A DNA stretch of 62,979 nucleotides, counting the filler, from Reticulomyxa filosa (Eukaryota; Protista; Foraminifera): the NCBI GenBank assembly GCA_000512085.1. It is 17 parts of 17 records of this genome, joined end to end, with 100 filler letters (N's around TTAATTAATTAA, not from the genome) between each part and the next. Parts side by side here need not be neighbours in the genome. Positions count along the whole stretch, not along the records: positions 1 to 14,033 come from ASPP01008888.1; 16 more parts are not named here. One strand, written 5' to 3'. Shown here piece by piece: positions 1 through 12,391 of the stretch. The translations under genes and the position numbers were made by a program. A model generated the notes under the pieces. It made no database searches. It saw nothing but the letters and a program-made list of their open reading frames with translations, and had not been told where the DNA came from. Within the stretch, counting starts at the first letter, position 1, and every line of letters begins with the position of its first letter.

Positions 1-42
1 CAACAACAACAACAACAACAACAAACACAAATCTTTTCATAG

Positions 43-1403
43 TGACATGTCCAACATACAAGACATTGAAATGAAGATTAAACTCGAGTTCTTAGAGGCC
101 ATTCGTGGCTGTGCCAAAACTCTCGCTTTTGATAGGTACGAAATTTGCACACACTGCCAAGGGTCTTCCTACGAACCCAAGGCCTTTGAAAATGCCTGCC
201 AAAAATGCCAAGGCACTGGCCAACTACCTTCATTTGGACAGAATTTCATGCAACATATCCCTTGCTCCAACTGCCATGGCTCGGGCAAAATTGTCATGAA
301 GTGCATTGAATGTCATGGCGATGGGCACATCCTTTGTCGCAAACAATTCACTGTCACTTTGCCAAGCGGCATTAAACCCAATGAACGTGTCAAAATTTTC
401 AATCAGGGTCACATCTTGCGCAATGCAGTTTGTTTTATTTAAAAAAAAAAATATATATATATATACACATATATGTATATAGAAGGAACAGAAAATTCTG
501 TCCAAGAAATTTCTGGAATTTTCTTGACACTGAACTGTGAATCCCGTTTTATATGTCAAAATAATAATAATGATAATAATAACAATAATAATGCTCCAAC
601 AGAATAACGGACAAGAAGTAAAGCAAGGGAATCTATGGATTGAATGTGAAGTGAAAGAACACGAACATTTTGTACGAGTTGGGAACGATATTCATGTAAC
701 AGCACATATCCCAATCTCTTTGGCATTAATCGGAGGCTCATTTGTGATTCCAACCATAAATGGGCCTACAGTGATGAGCATATCCCCTGGCGCAACCTCA
801 GGAGACTACAAAGTGTTAGAAGGAAAGGGTGTACTTTTAAACACAACAGCCGACAATGTACAACGCAACATCGAAGAGAACGATGAGAAAAAAGGCAATC
901 AAATTGTTCATTTGGAAGTCGATTTGCCAAACATAATGGAAATGCCAGAAGAGCAAAGACGATTGCTACATAGTTATGCCAAACTGGACAAAGAGCCCTA
1001 TGTTTGCAAGCCGAGTTCATTCGCCGTGCTCAAGCACATGAATGACTGGGACACTTTGTTTGGAGGGAGAAAAAAAAGATTTAAGAAAATGCATAGCTTT
1101 GGCATCGATTTGAATAATGAAAAACAAAGTAATGCAACCATGAATGAATATTGGGGCCAAAAAATAAAACAAATGTCGAGTGATTTTGATAATAGTTTTG
1201 ATCAGCATTCCGATTCACACAACAACGATGATAAAATAGACTGGGAAGACTTTGAACTTAGCTTTGATGAGCCAAAGAGCAACACAACACAGACACACAA
1301 CCAAAGTAATACAAACGAAGAAGCCGATGACAATTCTCAAACCAAAACACAAGAATTAAGGTTTAACGGTGTCATCGGAGATGACGAATCTGGAAAAGTA
1401 TAA
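43..1403 (+). CDS. Type I DnaJ/Hsp40 chaperone, 5'-partial (zinc finger plus C-terminal domain), intron 428-602
   Basis: Four CxxCxGxG-type motifs (CTHCQGSS, CQKCQGTG, CSNCHGSG, CIECHGDG), then VTLPSGI, GNLWIE, HEHFVRVGNDIH, ISLALIGG and GNQIV, typical of DnaJ_C. The GT..AG intron joins the two ORFs in frame. Confidence 0.9.
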
Positions 1404-1725
1404 TAACCTCGTTTTTTTTCGATTGCTTTTAGTTTTTTCTTTTCGAAAAAATTTATATTAAAAAAAAAAAAAACAACAAAACTATCAAAGCTTGGCTTTT
1501 GCAAAACGTTTTGATTTTTAGTCCATCGCAAAAGCATTATTTTTTGTGTGTCGAACTTATTCTTAATAAAAAGAAAAAGAGATTATCTTACAAATAAGGC
1601 TGATTCCCTTATCCCACAACGACCTCGACAATTTTTTGTATGAGCAATATTTAAAAAAAAAAAAGAAAACAAACAAAATTTGTCTTAGTTTCCGTTCTTT
1701 TTTTAAGATACATTTGTTCGCATGC

Positions 1726-2656
1726 TTACCACCCATTTCCACCTTCGCCGCCTTCACCGCCTTCGCCCCCTTCTCCACCCCCGGCGGCGGTATTTCCCTC
1801 TGCAGTGATAATCTCCCCTTCGCCAGGGGTGAGCATGTCGTCCTCCTCCATCACAGCATTATCACCAGAGGGGGCATTAGCATGCGATTTTGGCAGTTTG
1901 TTGGCATTGTGTAGGTTGGGGTGTGTTTTGTACAATTCCTCCAACTCCAAATCTACATCATTATCGTCTTGTTTGTCCTTAGTCTTAGCATTCTTTTTGT
2001 TATTGTTATTGTCGACTTTGGGCGAAGCGATTCGAATTTGAACCACTTCGGGTTCCTCATCGCTCTTGCTTTCTTCCTTGCGTTTCTTTTCTCCCTTGTT
2101 CAGCAGCGCCGGCGCGACAAGGACAGGCGCAACAGCCGCGTTGTTTGCAGGCTGCGCCATAACCAAGTACGTCTGTCCGTTGATCACAACCTGTTGCAGC
2201 ACCGGTTGTTGTTGTTGTTGTTGTTGCACAGGGATGAGCATGACCGGCGGCGATTGTCCAGCACCTGCCGGATTGAGAGCCGGCATAGCCGAGATGACAT
2301 TAGCAGCAGAAGCAGCAGGGACTGGTGAAGCACGAGGCGAAGCTGCAGGAGAGGCCGAGCGCGAAGAAGAATAGGGTACAGGTGCATCTTTGGGACTACT
2401 TTGAGCAGGGTGGTTATTACGTTTCGAGTCGACTTTGGTTTTGACATCGATCCGTCCCAATTGCGCTTGCACTTGTGCTTGTGGTTGTGGTTGCACTTGC
2501 GCTTGTGCTTGCGCTTGCGCTTGTGCTTGTGGTTGTGACTTTATTGGTCCCTCATCATACTCTTCTCCATTGAGAGTATCTCTTGGGTTACCCTCCTCGG
2601 CAATGGCATCTTGCAAACTTTTTTGATTGTTTAGTTTACTATTATTTTTCTTAAAC

Positions 2657-2693
<37 letters not shown>

Positions 2694-3555
2694 GATTGCT
2701 ACTGGAAAATTCACTTGTCGATTTTGCGGTGATCATCTTGTGCTTCTCTTTGCTCTTTCGTAGCCAACGCTGATAATAGTACACTGCGATAACGCAACAG
2801 ATCAAACCGAACAACACGATAGGCACCAAGATACCTGCGCCAATGTGAATACTCGTATCGCCTCCCCCTGTCCCTCCCGACTTGTTCGCTTGCAGTGTGC
2901 ACGACACATTATATTTGTAGTATGTTCCGAATTTCCGTTGCGACTTCGAATTGTATGCCGTCACGCCCGAGTCGTTATAGTCGTTTCTGCATCCATCAAT
3001 GTACATCACAAATTCATCTAATGACGAAGAGTTACTACTGCCGCAGTCGATTGTATTCAAAAACACTTGCTTTGTCATCACTGCTGCTCCTTTGCTTTCG
3101 TCGTATTCACATACAAACTGAAAACTGCTCGACGAATTGCGGTTGCACACTCCAAGGGTCACTGGGTAATTGTTGAATTCATACATGTCGTAGTCGCATG
3201 TTGTGTCGGCGCTACTTTGCATCGCAAACGACGTATACTGCGCGTAACAGCCAGTGTTGCCATCGCATCTGTACGCTATCCCTGACGAATGCGTATATGT
3301 CTGCTGCTGCTGGAGATTGTCTTTGCTGCAACCTACGCCTTTATACACTTCCAACGTTACCGTGTCCTTCTTCTTGTCGCATTTGAAGTTGTAACTAAAT
3401 GTTGATGATATCGTTCGGTCGAAACACACGTCCGGTGCATAGTTATCTCCTTTGTACGTCACATAATTACATGTCGAACTTTGACTTTCAACCAACACGC
3501 AACTGGCTAAAAAAAAAAAAGCGAGCAATGTAAAAGATTGATGCAATTTTATCAT
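1726..3555 (-). CDS. Single-pass type I membrane protein: signal peptide, Cys-rich ectodomain, one TM, low-complexity cytoplasmic tail
   Basis: 609-aa ORF. Hydrophobic N-terminus FTLLAFFFLASCVLVES, about 200 aa rich in Cys/Tyr, TM ILVPIVLFGLICCVIAVYYY followed by basic residues, then poly-N, (QA)n, poly-Q and (GGE)n tracts. Confidence 0.8.
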
Positions 3556-4638
3556 TATTTTTTTTTTTCCCTCCTTCTTCCAATAAAAAAGGAATAAAGT
3601 CCCTCTTTGTGCTTCATTTTAAGTACGCCAACTCCAATTGTAAATTTTTCAAAAAAGAAAAAATTGTGTCTTTTAATTTTTCCTCATATGCTAATATAAA
3701 TGTAAAGTTTATCTGCAAAACTTTTAAACGATTGTTTCCGTAACGAAAGAAACGAGCGCAGACAAAAAATCTAGAAAGAGAAGGAAAGATAGATATCGAA
3801 GAGACTCAAAGAATTGAAAATGGTGAAGCAACATCCTCAACAAACGGAACAATACATCAGTGGAAATCCTTGTAAGAGTCTGCACGATAGCTTTTTTCTT
3901 ATTTTATTCCAAGAATCGTAAGCACTGACTTTTGCCAAATATAGAAAATGTTCAGATTAAAACAAAAAACATACTAGTGAGATACTGAACTGTGCAGGCC
4001 TTTCTCACGATGACAACGAAGGAGGGAACCTCAAAAGTTCAAGTTTGTTTTTTAAAATTGTAAGTAAGAAGTGAGCTGAAGATGGGTCTAAATGTAGCTA
4101 CTGGCAGTCTCTTTTATAAACAAAAAGAAGAAAGAAAGAATTGCACTAGCAATAAAGAGACGAGTTCATCGTCACGCTCAACAAACTGTTTTTGATTATT
4201 GCAATTAAAATAGTAGTATGCGTTAGTTTCTTGTATAAAATAATTCAGAATTAATTATTCAAACTGAAAACATATTGTTAATCTTAAAGTAGGACAGATC
4301 CAAAATGTTGACGGGTTTGTTATTAAATATGTTAAGTTTATTATTATTTTAAATCAAAATGCTTGACTGTAGTACTCATGATGTCGTAATAAGTAGTTCT
4401 CGCACTACAAGTGAACTTTGGAACCATTTTATTCTAACAAACACACTACTCACTTTCACGACTTGTCTTTTCTCTTTCACTTGTTGAATCTTGTTGTTTG
4501 TTGTCTCTTTTATTTAAATTATTACTCTTTTGTTTTAAATTGTTCAAAAGAGCGAAAACCTTTCGTATTACAGTTTGCGCACTTCTTTCAGCAGCAGAAA
4601 ACCCACAATAGACGATGCATTTTAAATAGTTAAAAGTT

Positions 4639-4715
4639 TTCCGTGGACATTACGGTAAGATTAGAAGCATAAGATTTCACCAGATGAAACAATTTGCACA
4701 TGGGATGTAAAGTCT
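4639..4715 (+). pseudogene. Short degenerate WD40 repeat remnant
   Basis: Reads FRGHYGKIRSIRF, then after a 1-nt shift PDETICTWDVKS: a GH...WD signature with an internal deletion. Confidence 0.4.
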
Positions 4716-5296
4716 ATACCACATAGAGTTTCGCACCAGTTGGATGGATGCAATTGTTATTGTATCAGCTGGTAATGTGATTGAATCAGATTCTTCAGGG
4801 GAGTACAATTGAAATATTGAAGAGGAGAAAAATAAACAGAAATGTTCATAAAGAAAAGATTGATTTGAAATTGTCAACTGGTTAAAAAAAAAAAATAATA
4901 AAATTTTACATCAATTTCGTTGTGCCTGGATCACAAGGCAAAATAATAATTACCTCACTTTTTTTTTTATGCAATCGTCTGGTATCTGGAAAATATTTCA
5001 CATCATACGTATATGACACTTTTCAAACTTTGTTCTACGATTGTTTTTTTTTCTTATGAAGAAAACAATGTCTTTAGTGGAAATCTAACATTATTCTATG
5101 ACAGAACGAAGGAAAAAAAAAATAATATTACTGTATCCACAGTTTATTCAACTTTTTTTGTACAGATTGCTTAATGTATTTTCTGTTAATCCATTGGCTC
5201 ATTGCGTAGACTGCTCGGTACTACATTTTGAAGAAAAGTTTAGAATCCTTTAGACAGACATTATCCTAAAAAAAAAAAAAAAATTTTGTCAAAGAC

Positions 5297-6347
5297 ATGC
5301 CGTTGAATGCTCAAAAGGCGGGTTTTAATTCGGAAGCTGGCTTATTTATCACTCTTGTGATCAGCTTGCTATGCGGTTTGTACTGTTTGTGGCTGTTGTA
5401 CGTAGTCAAGCGCAACATGTGGGCAGTGTCACAAGAAAGACTAGAGTCCGAGATGGTAAAGGAAGTGCAGCTATCCATCCAGAGGAATGGCACGACAGTA
5501 GAAATGAGTATAAGTGAGTCAACTATCCCAGAAAAGAGTAGCAAAAGACCTGTGGTCATTGACTCCAGGATCAGATGGATTGTGACGTTGTATATCATTG
5601 GATGCATTTTAACATGCATTGGAAACGTGTGTGAGCACTTGATCTACGCATTGGCGGAGAATGCCGGGCGAGCCTGTGTGCGCGGATTGTACATAGTGTA
5701 TATGCGAATGTTTATTGAGGGGCTATTGTATTCGTTTTACTTAATGCGTACAGCGGTACTTTTGCAAGGAACTGCCTTTGAAATATCCAAATGTCGACAA
5801 TATTTTTTTGGGATTGCGCCCACAGTTACCTTTAGCAGCGTACTGTTTGCATATAATTTACGCTTGCAGCTCTTTCACTGCAGCAGAAAAGGCATTGCAG
5901 CAGATGTACTTTTTATACTGCTTCCCAGTGTTCAATGGTTTTGGAATGTCACGTTATTTGTTTTTTTGGTATATCATGTCCACAAAGTTAAAAAAAAAAA
6001 AAACAACCTTTTTTTTAGTGTGTACTTGTAGCTACAAATAAGTACTTTTTTTTTTATTTAAAAAAAAATAAAAGATTGCTAACGAGAAGGCTATTTCAAG
6101 CAGTCAAATCAAAACAGACTTAAAACAGTATTTGAAAAAACTGTTGCGGTTGTTCTTATTAATGCAGATATTTACTTTTACTCTCTATTTGGTTGGGATT
6201 GTGCCCGGTTGGGATGAAGCCCTTTGGTCGGTCGTAGTCATTGACCTCTCTGTTAATAGCTCCACTATGTTGTTGTCATTCAGTTTTGCAAAACCTGCTT
6301 TTGATATCATTTGCTTATGTACATCGCCCAATGCCAATGAAATGTAA
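5297..6347 (+). CDS. 7-transmembrane GPCR-like protein, intron 5987-6074
   Basis: Five hydrophobic helices in ORF 5297-6031 and two in ORF 6132-6347, joined in frame by a GT..AG intron. C-terminal Cys pair (ICLC) after helix 7. Confidence 0.7.
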
Positions 6348-6924
6348 TACATCTACGTTGTGCATACCATCCTATGCAGCCGAGAAAAACAAAGGGGAGG
6401 CACATGAGTCGTGAAACGTAAAACTCTTTTGAATTTACAAAAAGTAGCTTTTTTTTTTTGTTCTTTTGTGATCGCATTTGTGCATTTGCTTGCATGTTTT
6501 TGTTCGAAACTTTTCGTAATGTGCATATTTTTTGAAATATCTTAACTTTATGTGAAGCTTAAGACTCGTACATAAAAAAAAAAAAAAAAGATGGCCTTGG
6601 TCCTGACTAATAGTTCAACTAACGTATAATAATACAACGGATAATCGTACATCTCAATTCAAGGCCACATAACAAACGCTCCTCAAACCGCAAATGCAAG
6701 TCGACTGGGATTATTGCAGAAAAAACTCAATACTAAAATGCAACAATATGACCAATTTTCTCAAGAGAAACAAAATTAAGTCTCTTTTTTGGTGCCACAT
6801 TTTATTGTTCAAAAAAAAAAAAAGTAAATTTTTCTTAATGATAAAATTTCCTAAAGTACAATATGATCAAGCAAGAAAATCTTAGGCAACTCTAATTCAT
6901 ATACAAATAATTAAAAGAGTAAAG

Positions 6925-7349
6925 ATTAATCGACAATTATCCAAATATTCATCCAATTCTTTTATTTTCTCTTTGAAATTACAAATTAGCCTTTCCGATG
7001 TTTTTCTTCCCCTTATTTTTAGAAATCTCTAAATCTTGTTGAAATTGATTTGTACACATCACATTTAGGACATTAATTTGTTTTTTCAATGCTTTATTTT
7101 TGGAGTACTGACATCCATTATAAGGTTGAACTGGACATGTGTAATTTTATTATTCTCGAGATATTGTTTCAAATAATTCTCTCCAGCAATAAGCTGTCCG
7201 TTCGTGTTTTCATGCTCAGGACAATCGATGATTTGCAACTTGTTTGCAAACTGAACAAATGAAATCATTGATTTGTTCTTTTTCATTCAAGCATGACAGA
7301 CTTCAGTTAAAATTTTTTCTTTCCTTTTCTCATCTTCTGCTTTGCTCAT
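6925..7349 (-). pseudogene. RING-like/TRAF-type zinc-finger gene, frameshifted
   Basis: Across shifts it reads MSKAEDEK..., FICSVCKQVAN, IDCPEHE...AGENYLKQYL, TCPVQPYNGCQYS...VMCTNQFQQDL and ICNFKEKIKELDEYL. Colinear with the ORF at 13036-13413. Confidence 0.75.
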
Positions 7350-7755
7350 CTTTTATTTATTGATTTTGGGGTATTATTATCAATTTCCCAGAGTTTTTTT
7401 TAAATATTTTTTTTTCTAAGGAGTTTTTTTAAGTGTACCAGAACCACAAATGTATGGACAAACACAAGCTTGATAAAATGTAAAAAACAAGTACAATTAT
7501 ACTAATGATTTTATCTTGTAAAAAGTGCAACATTTTTACCAGATGAACAATCAAATTGTGATATTGATATAAAACCAAGTGAAGCAACAAATACAAACTT
7601 GCATGATTTCTGTATTGAATGTAGTTAAGTATGATAACTGTATTAAACTAAAGAGTTTATTCTAACAGTTGTAAACCAAAAATACTTAACATAAATATGT
7701 TAATTATTTTATTCAATTTACTTAAACAAATTTTTTATGATTGGAAAAAACGATA

Positions 7756-9144
7756 CTATCCCCAAATACAAATTGGGCCCTTGCATGAACCATAACACAA
7801 ATTAACACCACAGGTATTATTACTATTACCTTTTCGGTGGTTTTTAATTGTAGGAATTTAATACATAATATTCCATTTTCTTCATCCTTATTTCCATTGA
7901 TTACATGCAATTCACTTTTATTTGATCGAATATCCCAAAATCGAATTGTATTATCAATTGATCCAGAACATATTACATTTGAGCTACAACCAATTTCAGT
8001 ATTATTGACTACAAATGGTGAGTATTCAACAGCATACACATAACTTGTATGTCCTTTGAATACTTGAATTTTCTTACCAGATCGAATGTCACATAAACAA
8101 ATATTTTTATCAGATGATCCAGATAATATTGTATTTGCGCCACCAATAATTCCTAATTCATTTGATCCATATTTTACACTCCACACTGTATGTTTGTGCT
8201 CATTGAGCATAATGAGTTGTTTGGTTGTTTCTATATCCCATAATCGAATGGTATTATCCCATGATCCAGAACAAATGGTATATCCATTACCACCAATCAC
8301 ACCAATAATATTATTACTGTTGTTGCTATTGCTTTGCAATGGTGAAATGTCAACACACCAAATACCATCTTCATGTCCATTGAAAACATGTAATGATTTG
8401 GATGCTTCAATATCCCATAAACGAATAGTACTGTCATGTGATCCAGAACATAAATATCTACTACCATTAAATGATGAGAATTCAATGCCACAAACACCGG
8501 CAGTATGTCCATTGAATACTTGGAATTGTTGATTATTTTCAAAATCCCAAAAGCGAATAGTTTTGTCATTTGATGAAGAACAAATGATGTTACGGTGATG
8601 CTTATAGTAATAATATAATGAAAATTTTGCGCAATACACTGAATTTGAATGCCCATTGAATGATTGAATTAGCTTGTTGTTCTCAACATCATATACACAA
8701 ACTGTGTTATCATATGATGCAGAACAAAGTAAATATCTACTACCAAATATTGAATAATCAATATTCCATACATAATCGGTATGCTCACAGAAAGTTTTAA
8801 GTAATTTAGATGATGAACGAAATATATCAAGCATGAAGAAGATAGAAACCTATGTTATAATCAAATACATTTTTAAATATTTTGTTTATCATTGAATTAA
8901 ACATGAAAAACAAGAAAACATAACATAATTCGCAACAAGTTTGTCAAAATCACGTATCCATCCTAATTTAATGTTTAATATTCGAACCCAATGTTGAACA
9001 ATTAATTGAATTTCCTCTTTTTCTAACTAATTCAATCAAATATTACATATGATAAAAACTAAAAGCAGCTACCTTTCAAAAATATTTGCTAAAGCTTACC
9101 AATGAAAGTTGTGTTGCGGCTTGTTTTTCATTGTTGGTGGTCAT
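7756..9144 (-). CDS. Lineage-expanded WD40-repeat protein. Exons 9144-9100, 9026-8925 and 8849-7756, with one frameshift near 7840
   Basis: About 6 GH..CSGSxDxTIRxWD repeats and the family signature IGVIGGNGYTICSGS. The alternative frame restores the family C-terminus NLCYGSCKGPICIWG*. Two upstream phase-0 GT..AG exons. Confidence 0.88.
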
Positions 9145-9762
9145 GTCTCAATTTCTTTTATGTTCTTTTTTGAGTTTCAGATGTATGAAGAAGTTTTCAA
9201 AACACTTAAAAAAGGAAAGCAACTTATTCAAAACTGAGTTTAATATTTTGAATAAAGACTTTTGAAATGTAACAATTGTTGCAAACTATAATTAGGATTA
9301 CAACTCCAATACGAATTGAACATTGAATATGTTTGTTCCTTTACTAAATTTACAGATAGACAAACATTTGACTTTTGTCAAAATGATTTCTATTTTAAAA
9401 AAAGTTGAATGCCAGTTGGGGTCATTCAACAATACGATAACTTGGTTATCGTATTCGTTTGTGTGTTTGTTAAAAACAGTACTGTCTTTCGAATGTTATT
9501 ATTTGTTTGTACACACCAATTGTTGCTAATGATAAACAGTACTTGTCAATTGATAATTTGCTTAGATAATACCATAATAAAGAAAGTAGATTCATGACTG
9601 TTATAAACTAGAAAAAAACTCTATTTTCTTAAAAAAACTTGGAAAAAACTTTTTTGGAGTTGACAAGAGTTTTTTTTACACGAGTTGTAGTTCTTTTTTA
9701 AAAAGGGTTTAGCTTTAAAAAAAAAAAGCTGAACAGCTTAATAATTCCTCAATCTTAACAAT

Positions 9763-12335
9763 ATGGGTAATCAAAACACAACTCCCTTTCAAAGTTTAAA
9801 GGCTTTACCCACTCCACTTTCTCAATCTCAATGTGTGCTATATAAACACGAACTTCTAATTTGTGGAGGTTACAACCAAAGAACTTGTTATTCTTATCAT
9901 ACAATCAAAAATGAATACATGAATATCTGCTCGTATCCAAATAATGTTAAATTAGATGGACACTGTGTAGTGAAACTGATAGATAATAACAACAAAGATA
10001 GTAATGAAATCACGTTGTTATCTTTTGGTGGAGATAAAAATAATCGACATACATTGGTAATGAAATATGTAAGTGTTTGGAGTAATGATAACAATAATGA
10101 CAATGAAATTAATACATTAAACAATTACAATAAATGGATTCCTTTTACAGATAATCATAATAATCCGATTGTCATTGGAGGAGATAAAGATGCATATCAA
10201 GGAGCGCGTGGATTGATTGGTGGAAAAAATAATAATTTGTTATTTATTACTTACTTTCATAAAAATATTAGTGTATTTGATTTAAATAAATTTCAATTTA
10301 TTAAACATGATAATTTACCAACAGATTATATTGGTTATCATTGCTTTGTATCAAAACCAGAAATGATAAAAAACAATAAAAATTATGAAATGATATTATT
10401 TTGTAAAAAGACAGGATTATCAATTATATATGATGAAGATAATAACATTTTTCAATTTAACCAATTATCTGTTTTTGATGATATTTCATCATTTCGTAAT
10501 TATGCATATCTATGTATCAATGATATTATCTTACTCTTTGGTGGAAGTTATTTGGATGTTGTTTCAAGTCAGTACACAAATATTCAATTCGAGAAAACAA
10601 ATGGATGACATTTCAAAACACTTTATCAAATCCATTGTGTCATTGTGTTGCAATATTAAATGAAGATAATGCGTATATACATATTATTGGAGGATTGAAT
10701 GACAATACTAAGTCTGTGTTAACTCATACAAAAACGAAAGTGAGTGAATGGTTGAATGAAGAAGAAATTAAAAAGGAATTGAATTGAAAGTGAAAAAAGA
10801 AGAGAATAAAACAGTAAAAAAAGAAGAAAATAAAGTAAAAAATGATAATATTTTTTTTGTTGATTTGAAATTGTGCAAATGCAAATTCGTTTTTTATTTT
10901 CTTGAAATAGGACATGAAAGAGAAAGATGAACAAATAAGAAAGAAAGAACAAAGCGAAAATAATATTAATGATATCAATGATATCAATGTTATAAATATA
11001 TTTTCTTTTGTCTTTTTTTTTGTATTGAATATATATTTAAAAAAAAAAGGAAAAAATAAATGGATGGAATGGTGGAATCAAAGAGAACAAAAAGACAAAA
11101 CAGAAATAATTGAAAAGTTTAAAATAATGTCAAATGAACAATTTGGATTATGGTTATTGAATGAATGCAAATGGAAAAATGAGATCACAAAAGATGATAT
11201 TGATCCTATTCGTTTTTTACTTAATACTTATATTAGTTTTGTTATAACAAATCAAGATAATAAAGAAGATGAAGTTAATTAATTATATTATTTTTGATTG
11301 AATGAAAACAATAAATATATATTATATACATATATATATAAATAGTTAATAGCATATGTGATAATGGATGAAAAAAAAAAATTGATAAAAATGAAAGAAT
11401 TAACATTTGAAGAACTTCTTCGACAAACTTATAATTGTTTAGAATCAAAATCTTTTCAAAAAATTAACAAAGAAAATTTAAAACTACAGTTAGTCGATAT
11501 AAAGAATAATATTATTGAATCAGATGAATCTGTAAAGAAAGAATTTGCAAATAACAATGAACCTATATTTAAAATTATTTGGACTTCATTTCAACAACAA
11601 ACAATACTTGGAAAAACAAAAACAATAAAAAATGCATTGGTGATAATGATTGCTATAAGTGAATATGATGATAATAATATATGGAAAAATCTTAAGAATG
11701 TAAAAGAAAAGGATATACATAATTTTAAACAGTTATTTGAACAAGAATTAAATTATGAAATTGTATATAATCAATCTCCAAAAATGACAAAACAAGATGT
11801 TCAAACATTTTTGGCCAAATTAATTGTAAACTATGAACTTCATGAAAATAGTCATAAATATGATGGATTAATAATTATTATTTGTGGACATGGAGAAAAT
11901 GGAAATATGTTAGTAACAAGTGATGGAAAAGATGTATCAATTGATAGAATACGTTCATCATTTAATTGTCATGAAATGGAATCATTTAAAGATTTTCCTA
12001 AAATTTTTATTATTGATGCTTGTCGTGGTGAAGGTATTCCAAAAACTCATGAAATTGTAAAAAGAGGAAATGATATAACATATGGTCACAATGATGATGG
12101 ATTTTTAGTGATTTGGTCAACTACAAAAGGACATCAAGTAGCTGATTTATCATTATTGAGCGAATGTATGAAAAATGTTGTCAAGTCAAAATATAAGAGT
12201 AGCTATCCATTTAAACAAATGTTGCAAGATATTAGAACAGAAATAAGAAGCAATAAAAGTAGTGAATGGTATTGTGTAGAAAGTCAAGATACCACAGATT
12301 ATGACATTATTTTCCAACAAAGAAAATCTATGTAA
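9763..12335 (+). CDS. Kelch-like beta-propeller + Trp-rich domain + PB1-like domain + caspase-family (paracaspase-like, C14) protease. Exons 9763-10834, 10911-10988, 11050-11273 and 11346-12335
   Basis: GG-containing blades (LLICGG, LLSFGG, LIGG, LLFGG, HIIGG). Catalytic dyad IICGHG and IIDACRG. Phase-0 GT..AG introns link the ORFs. The model needs three single-A insertions in A-runs (about 10567, 10772 and 11052). Confidence 0.75.
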
Positions 12336-12391
12336 TTTTTTTTTTTGTAAGAAATAAGTAAATCGCATAAATTCAAAAAAAAATGTGTTCG

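Noticed and set aside
10560-11060. Programmed frameshifting or insertional editing in the kelch-caspase gene (also near 7840, 16385, 35435 and 62920)
   Set aside because: The indels sit in A or T runs and also hit housekeeping genes. Homopolymer sequencing error is the simpler explanation until reads are checked.
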